A DNA stretch of 64,000 nt from SAR324 cluster bacterium (GTDB lineage Bacteria > SAR324 > XYD2-FULL-50-16 > JAERRU01), in assembly GCA_016735295.1 (NCBI GenBank), contig JAERRU010000018.1:19774-83773 (forward strand), written 5' to 3'. The notes below the pieces were generated by a model. It saw nothing but the letters and a program-made list of their open reading frames with translations, had not been told where the DNA came from and did no database searches. Positions 59,229 to 64,000 of the stretch are shown here, piece by piece (position 1 is the first letter of the stretch; every line of letters begins with the position of its first letter). A program made the translations under genes and the position numbers.

Positions 59229-60281
59229 ATGATAATCGCTATAATATGTGGGGGACGCAGTGTGGAACATAAAGTTTCTTTGCAATCTGCTGTTAGTATA
59301 GCTAAGTATCTTGGTTTTTCTAGCCATCAAGTGCTGATGGTTGGATTTACTGAAGAGGGTCGATTTGTGAGCCATAAAGACTTGATTTTAGATCAGCATG
59401 ACCCTATAAAAATCAGATTAAATGATGAGGCTCGTGAGGTTAAATTTGGCTTTCAGAGTATTGATGATAAAAAGGTTGATGTATGCTTTTCGGTGATACA
59501 CGGCACTGGGGGAGAAGACGGTAATATCCAAGGATTCTTGAATATTTATCAGTTACCATTTGTCGGGGCAGACACCAAAACATCGGCACTGGGAATGGAT
59601 AAGCATTTCACCAAGATGATTTTAGAATCAAAAAAAATCCCTGTCACAAATTATGAAGTAATTTATCCCCATCGCCGTGCCCCTTCTTATCAAAGCTTGA
59701 TCTCAAAACTTGGTGCTACTATGTTGGTCAAGCCAGCAAATTTGGGTTCTTCAGTTGGTATATCTAAATGTAATGATGAAAATTCTTTTAAGCAGGCCTT
59801 GGCTTTGGCGATTAGTTATGATTCTAAAGTTTTGGTGGAAAAATTTATTGATGGAAAAGAAATAGAAGTCGCCGTACTTGGTCATCCGGGGGAATTGATT
59901 ATATCTTCACCTTCTGAAATTATTACTAATCATAGCTTTTACAGCTATCAGGCTAAATATATTGATAAAGGCTCTACTAAAACTTTAATTTCTGCTAATA
60001 TTGATGCTAAGGTAAAAAAAGTTATTACTGGCTTAGCGGGTGATATTTATGAGGTTTTAGACTGCCGAGGCTTGGCTAGATTAGATTTTTTATTTTCTAC
60101 TGCTGATGGGGTGGTGTTTAATGAAATAAATACTATGCCTGGATTTACCGATATTAGCATGTACCCCAAAATGATGGTAGCTAGTGGCATTTCCTACCCA
60201 GAACTATTAGATAGGCTGTTAAAGCTAGCTCTTAGTTACGATTTAGCACAAAAGAGTAAAACCACTAGGCCACCTCAATAA
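59229..60281 (+). CDS. ddl: D-alanine--D-alanine ligase
   Basis: ATP-grasp layout, N-terminal IICGGRSVEHKVSLQSA and a C-terminal ATP-binding region. 350 aa. Confidence 0.85.
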   Translation: MIIAIICGGRSVEHKVSLQSAVSIAKYLGFSSHQVLMVGFTEEGRFVSHKDLILDQHDPIKIRLNDEAREVKFGFQSIDDKKVDVCFSVIHGTGGEDGNIQGFLNIYQLPFVGADTKTSALGMDKHFTKMILESKKIPVTNYEVIYPHRRAPSYQSLISKLGATMLVKPANLGSSVGISKCNDENSFKQALALAISYDSKVLVEKFIDGKEIEVAVLGHPGELIISSPSEIITNHSFYSYQAKYIDKGSTKTLISANIDAKVKKVITGLAGDIYEVLDCRGLARLDFLFSTADGVVFNEINTMPGFTDISMYPKMMVASGISYPELLDRLLKLALSYDLAQKSKTTRPPQ

Positions 60282-60288
60282 TGATATA

Positions 60289-61377
60289 ATGGCAGATGGT
60301 CTTTTTACTATACAAATAGGCGGTGCGTCATTTATTATTAGTGCTTTGCTATCACTTTTATTGATTAGGTTGGCTTATAGAATCAATTTTGGTAGGGATG
60401 AGCTGGTAGGGATACAAAAAAATCATACTGGCAACCCGTCTCGTATGGGGGGATTAGCATTTTTACTCACTATTTTATTTTGTGGGTTGTTGTTCTCCGA
60501 TATTTTTATTTTAGATGATTGGCTATTTTATAGACTATATATATTATCAGTTTTACCAGCATTTTTTGGTGGTTTGATAGAAGATATCACCCATAAAGTA
60601 GGCAATTTAATTCGTTTTAATTTAACTATGTTATCGGCTTTTTTGGTGTATTTCACGATCGGGGCAAGTATTGAGAGCTTTGGCATTAGTTATATTGATA
60701 ATATTTTTCTTCAGTACAAGGTTATAAAAATATTAATCACTACCATAGCCATTGCCGGGATAGCTAATGGAACTAATATGCTTGATGGCTTTAATGGTAT
60801 TTTACTATCTTTTGCGATGCTATGCTTTGGGGCATATGGTTATTTATCGTGGGAATTGGGAGATTTTTTGCTATTTAATATATGCATAATATCACTAGGA
60901 GCGGTGGCGGGGGTATTTATTTTTAACTATCCTTATGGAAAAATTTTTGCTGGAGATAGTGGCTCTTATTCCATAGGATTTTTTTTAGCTACATTGGCAG
61001 TAATGCTTTACGCCCGCCATCCTAATCAAATATCTCCAATTGCGGTGGGCACAGTACTTAGTTATCCTACATTTGAGGTGTTATTTTCTATTGGCCGCAG
61101 GCGATTTTCCCGCTTGGTCAAAGCAGACGGGAGGCATTTGCATCAGCTAGTGTTTTATTTTATTAATCAGCAAAAAAAAGATATAAATTGCAGTAATAAT
61201 AATAATAATAATAATAATAAGCTAGTGGTTTTATATCTTTTCTTACTCTATAGTTTACCAATAATAACGTCTATCATCTTTTATGATAATGGGTTTTATA
61301 GTATGATAGGTTTTTTTGTATTTATGATTAGTTATTTAACAATTTATTTTTCACTGAGCCGCCGGTTAGCTAAGTGA
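60289..61377 (+). CDS. WecA/TagO-family polyprenyl-phosphate N-acetylhexosamine-1-phosphate transferase (GT4/PNPT superfamily) with a poly-Asn insertion
   Basis: DD-type loop GGLIEDI, NGTNMLDGFNGI (NxxNxxDGxDGL), AGDSGSYSIGF, and ADGRHLHQL (the D-x-x-HLHH-like motif typical of WecA/TagO rather than MraY). An (AAT)8 tract lies at 61194-61219. Confidence 0.65.
   Translation: MADGLFTIQIGGASFIISALLSLLLIRLAYRINFGRDELVGIQKNHTGNPSRMGGLAFLLTILFCGLLFSDIFILDDWLFYRLYILSVLPAFFGGLIEDITHKVGNLIRFNLTMLSAFLVYFTIGASIESFGISYIDNIFLQYKVIKILITTIAIAGIANGTNMLDGFNGILLSFAMLCFGAYGYLSWELGDFLLFNICIISLGAVAGVFIFNYPYGKIFAGDSGSYSIGFFLATLAVMLYARHPNQISPIAVGTVLSYPTFEVLFSIGRRRFSRLVKADGRHLHQLVFYFINQQKKDINCSNNNNNNNNKLVVLYLFLLYSLPIITSIIFYDNGFYSMIGFFVFMISYLTIYFSLSRRLAK
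61194..61219. repeat. (AAT)8 trinucleotide tract, in-frame poly-Asn
   Basis: Seen directly. Confidence 0.8.
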
Positions 61378-61414
61378 TGGATTTTTATTCACCGAAAGAT
61401 AGGCAGTAATTTAT

Positions 61415-62374
61415 ATGAATAAGCTTGAACAATTAAAGGAATACAGCGTGGTAGTTGGCGATACGGGCAATATTGATGAAATCAAAAAACATCGCCCCCA
61501 AGACGCCACCACCAATCCTAGTTTACTGTTACAGGCTATATCTTTACCTCAGTATGATTATATTTTCCAAGAGGTGGTAGCTGATGTTAAAAATTGTAAT
61601 TTATCGTCAGAAAAAAAGGCTAAATTGGCAGTAACTAAGCTTATTGTTTTGTTAGGTAAACAAATTTTAGCTATTATTCCTGGATATCTCTCCACTGAAG
61701 TTGATGCTAGGCTATCTTTTGATACAAAAAAAACTATAGCTGAAGCTAAATTAATCATTGAAGAATATGAAAAAAATTCCATTTCTCGTGATCGAATTTT
61801 AATTAAAATAGCCGGTACTTGGGAAGGGATAAGGGCGGCTGAAATATTGAAAAAGGATGGAATTAAAACTAATATAACTCTATTATTTCATATTGCTCAA
61901 GCAGTAGCGGCGGCTCAGGCAGGGATTTTTTTAATTTCTCCTTTTGTGGGTAGAATTTTAGATTGGTATAAAAAAAATCAAGCTAAAGAATACACATCAC
62001 AAAATGATCCTGGCGTTATTAGTGTTAAAAATATTTATAAATACTATAAATATCATCAGCACAAAACTATCATCATGGCGGCTAGCTTTAGAAGTCAAGA
62101 ACAAATAGAAGCTTTAGCTGGCTGTGATAGGCTTACTATATCCCCATTTTTTTTATCTTCACTAAAACAAGATGAAGCTAAACTAGTTAGAGGGTTAAAT
62201 TCTGATAATATCAAAAATCCACAAATTTATGAAAATACTATCAGTGAATCTAACTTCAGATTAGCAATGAATGATTCTCCCATGGCAACAGAAAAATTAG
62301 CCGAGGGAATACGTATTTTCACTAAAGACCAAGCTAGTATTGAACAATTATTTTTAAATTCTTTTGCAAATTAA
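61415..62374 (+). CDS. tal: Transaldolase
   Basis: VVGDTGNIDEIKKHRPQDATTNPSLLLQA transaldolase signature. 319 aa. Confidence 0.9.
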   Translation: MNKLEQLKEYSVVVGDTGNIDEIKKHRPQDATTNPSLLLQAISLPQYDYIFQEVVADVKNCNLSSEKKAKLAVTKLIVLLGKQILAIIPGYLSTEVDARLSFDTKKTIAEAKLIIEEYEKNSISRDRILIKIAGTWEGIRAAEILKKDGIKTNITLLFHIAQAVAAAQAGIFLISPFVGRILDWYKKNQAKEYTSQNDPGVISVKNIYKYYKYHQHKTIIMAASFRSQEQIEALAGCDRLTISPFFLSSLKQDEAKLVRGLNSDNIKNPQIYENTISESNFRLAMNDSPMATEKLAEGIRIFTKDQASIEQLFLNSFAN

Positions 62375-62405
62375 TCTATAATTTCACATCTACTCAAAAC
62401 TCAAA

Positions 62406-63197
62406 ATGGACTTAAAGGCCACGAAAGACAACCAAAGCATGCCATCTGATACCTTTTCCAATAAATCAAAACTGATAAGAGAAAAAAATAAAGTTAAATA
62501 TAGCAGAATTTTGATAAAACTAAGTGGAGAGCACTTTAGAGGTGAAAAAGATTTTGGATTTAGCCATGATATATTTTTAAAAGTGGCACATCAAATAAAG
62601 AAATTACATTTTTTGGGCATCGAACTAGCAATAGTAATTGGTGGAGGAAATATTTTTAGAGGTGCAAAAGCTAGCGATGGGGTAGATCGGGTTAATGCCG
62701 ATAATATAGGCATGTTAGCCACCTTAATGAATGGGCTATATTTGCAAAATCTGTTAGAAAGTATCCACACAAAAACTAGGCTAATGAGCGCTGTTAGCAT
62801 GCCTACTATTGCTGAAACCTATATTAGACGAAGGGCGGTTAGGCATTTAGAAAAGGGCAGAATAATTATTTTAGGTTCGGGCACGGGTAATCCATTTTTT
62901 ACTACTGACACGGCGGCTGTCCTTAGAGGGCGAGAGATTAATGCTGATATTGTGGTTAAATGCACGAATGTTGATGGGGTTTATGATAAGGACCCGGCTA
63001 AATATCAAGATGCCAAAAAATTTGACACTATCAAATTTCAGCAAGCATTATCTGATAATTTAAAAATTATGGATTCTACCGCATTTTCATTTAGCAAAAC
63101 CCATAACTTAAATATTTATGTGCTTGATATTAGCAAAGAAGGAGCGTTGATTGATTTTGTCACGGGCAAGGGACAAGGAACATTGGTCAAAACTTAA
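62406..63197 (+). CDS. pyrH: UMP kinase
   Basis: RILIKLSGE and GGGNIFRG motifs. 263 aa. Confidence 0.9.
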   Translation: MDLKATKDNQSMPSDTFSNKSKLIREKNKVKYSRILIKLSGEHFRGEKDFGFSHDIFLKVAHQIKKLHFLGIELAIVIGGGNIFRGAKASDGVDRVNADNIGMLATLMNGLYLQNLLESIHTKTRLMSAVSMPTIAETYIRRRAVRHLEKGRIIILGSGTGNPFFTTDTAAVLRGREINADIVVKCTNVDGVYDKDPAKYQDAKKFDTIKFQQALSDNLKIMDSTAFSFSKTHNLNIYVLDISKEGALIDFVTGKGQGTLVKT

Positions 63198-63246
63198 ATG
63201 ACCATAAATTAAAATTATTTGTATCTATTATATTGATAAAAATATT

Positions 63247-64000
63247 ATGTCCTCATCTAATAAAAAACTAAATTTTTCTACCCTATCTATTCATACAGCT
63301 AAGCCTAGTAGCGATGCTAATGAGAACTCAACACCGATTTTTTTAAATTCAGGCTATAAATTTAAAGATTCGCAGCAAGCGTCAGCACTGTTCAAAGAAG
63401 AGATACCTGGGCTGATTTATTCTAGATATGGCAATCCTAATGTAATTGAATTTGAACAAAAAATGTGTGCCCTTGAGGGCATGGAAGCCGCCTTTGCCAC
63501 TTCCACTGGTATGGGCGCGATTACTTTAGCATTTTCATCCTTTTTAAAATCAGGTGATCATATTGTAGCTTGTCGCTCTTTATTTGGCTCATCGCACCAG
63601 CTAATCACTAAAATTTTACCCCGCTGGGGAATCAGCTATACATATGTAGATATAGAAGATATTGCTAACTGGGAAAAGGCGATTACCCCTAACACTAAAA
63701 TATTATTTTTAGAAACTCCATCTAATCCAGGATTGGATTTAGTTGATCTTGAATTTGTTGCTGGCTTAACGAAAGAGCATAAATTATTATTTATGGTTGA
63801 TAATTGTTTTGCTAGCCCTTATGTGCAAAATCCGGCAAAATTTGGTGCTGATGTAGTAGTGCATAGTGCTACTAAAATAATTGATGGGCAAGGCAGAGCA
63901 ATGGGCGGAGTGGTGCTTTGCAGCCAACAGCTTTTTGATGATAATATAAAATTTATGGCTCGACATACTGGGCCGATCATATCACCTTTTAATGCTTGGT
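63247..64000 (+). CDS. PLP-dependent Cys/Met-metabolism enzyme (O-acetyl/succinyl-homoserine sulfhydrylase or cystathionine gamma-synthase family), 5' portion; continues beyond the window
   Basis: STLSIHTA...TPIF..SGYKF...YSRYGNPNV..FE..MCALEGMEAAFATSTGMGAI is the N-terminal signature of the MetB/MetY/MetZ family. The ATG is at 63247, and no stop is reached by 64000. Confidence 0.7.
   Translation, partial: MSSSNKKLNFSTLSIHTAKPSSDANENSTPIFLNSGYKFKDSQQASALFKEEIPGLIYSRYGNPNVIEFEQKMCALEGMEAAFATSTGMGAITLAFSSFLKSGDHIVACRSLFGSSHQLITKILPRWGISYTYVDIEDIANWEKAITPNTKILFLETPSNPGLDLVDLEFVAGLTKEHKLLFMVDNCFASPYVQNPAKFGADVVVHSATKIIDGQGRAMGGVVLCSQQLFDDNIKFMARHTGPIISPFNAW

Noticed and set aside
60289-61377. 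Calling the transferase after ddl as MraY.
   Set aside because: Although it shares NxxNxxDGxDG and GDxGS motifs with MraY, it lacks the MraY HHH motif and instead has the ADGRHLHQ (D-x-x-HLHH-like) motif of WecA/TagO-type HexNAc-1-P transferases.

Overview
The window is an AT-rich (roughly 30% GC by eye) stretch of chromosome from a diderm (Gram-negative-type) bacterium. It is almost entirely housekeeping, with about 55 ORFs and one tRNA. I found no rRNA, no CRISPR array, and no transposase, integrase or phage genes.

Recognisable blocks, in order:
- clpS-clpA.
- tRNA-Leu(UAA).
- A heat-shock operon hrcA-grpE-dnaK-dnaJ with a CIRCE-like operator. Its last gene is an unusual fusion of a PlsC-type acyltransferase, a lysine-rich histone-H1-like linker and a complete Ogt/MGMT DNA-alkyltransferase.
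- argG, then a BamD-like lipoprotein, dprA and folP.
- A GAF/HD-GYP phosphodiesterase, flavodoxin and trxB.
- An envelope cluster skp-fabZ-lpxA followed by pyrG.
- clpB, a YugP-family Zn-peptidase and a surface protein with five Ig-like repeats.
- metK, then ilvB-ilvN-ilvC-leuB translationally coupled to an R3H-domain protein and a degenerate, Cys-less U32-peptidase-family protein.
- A convergent citramalate/isopropylmalate synthase (CimA-like) and sppA.
- An ~8 kb block of secreted proteins and lipoproteins, including a 963-aa FG-GAP beta-propeller protein.
- rhomboid-ndk, ddl, a WecA-family transferase, tal, pyrH and the 5' end of a MetY/MetZ-like PLP enzyme.

Three findings stand out:
- The PlsC-Ogt fusion inside the HrcA regulon.
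- The leuB-R3H-U32-like coupling. U32 is a family that includes RNA/quinone hydroxylases, and this copy lacks the Fe-S cysteines.
- The secreted FG-GAP operon.

Smaller observations: in-frame (AAT)n poly-Asn tracts occur in three unrelated proteins, one of them an essential-type WecA-family enzyme, and several paired inverted repeats and short tandem repeats sit in intergenic regions.
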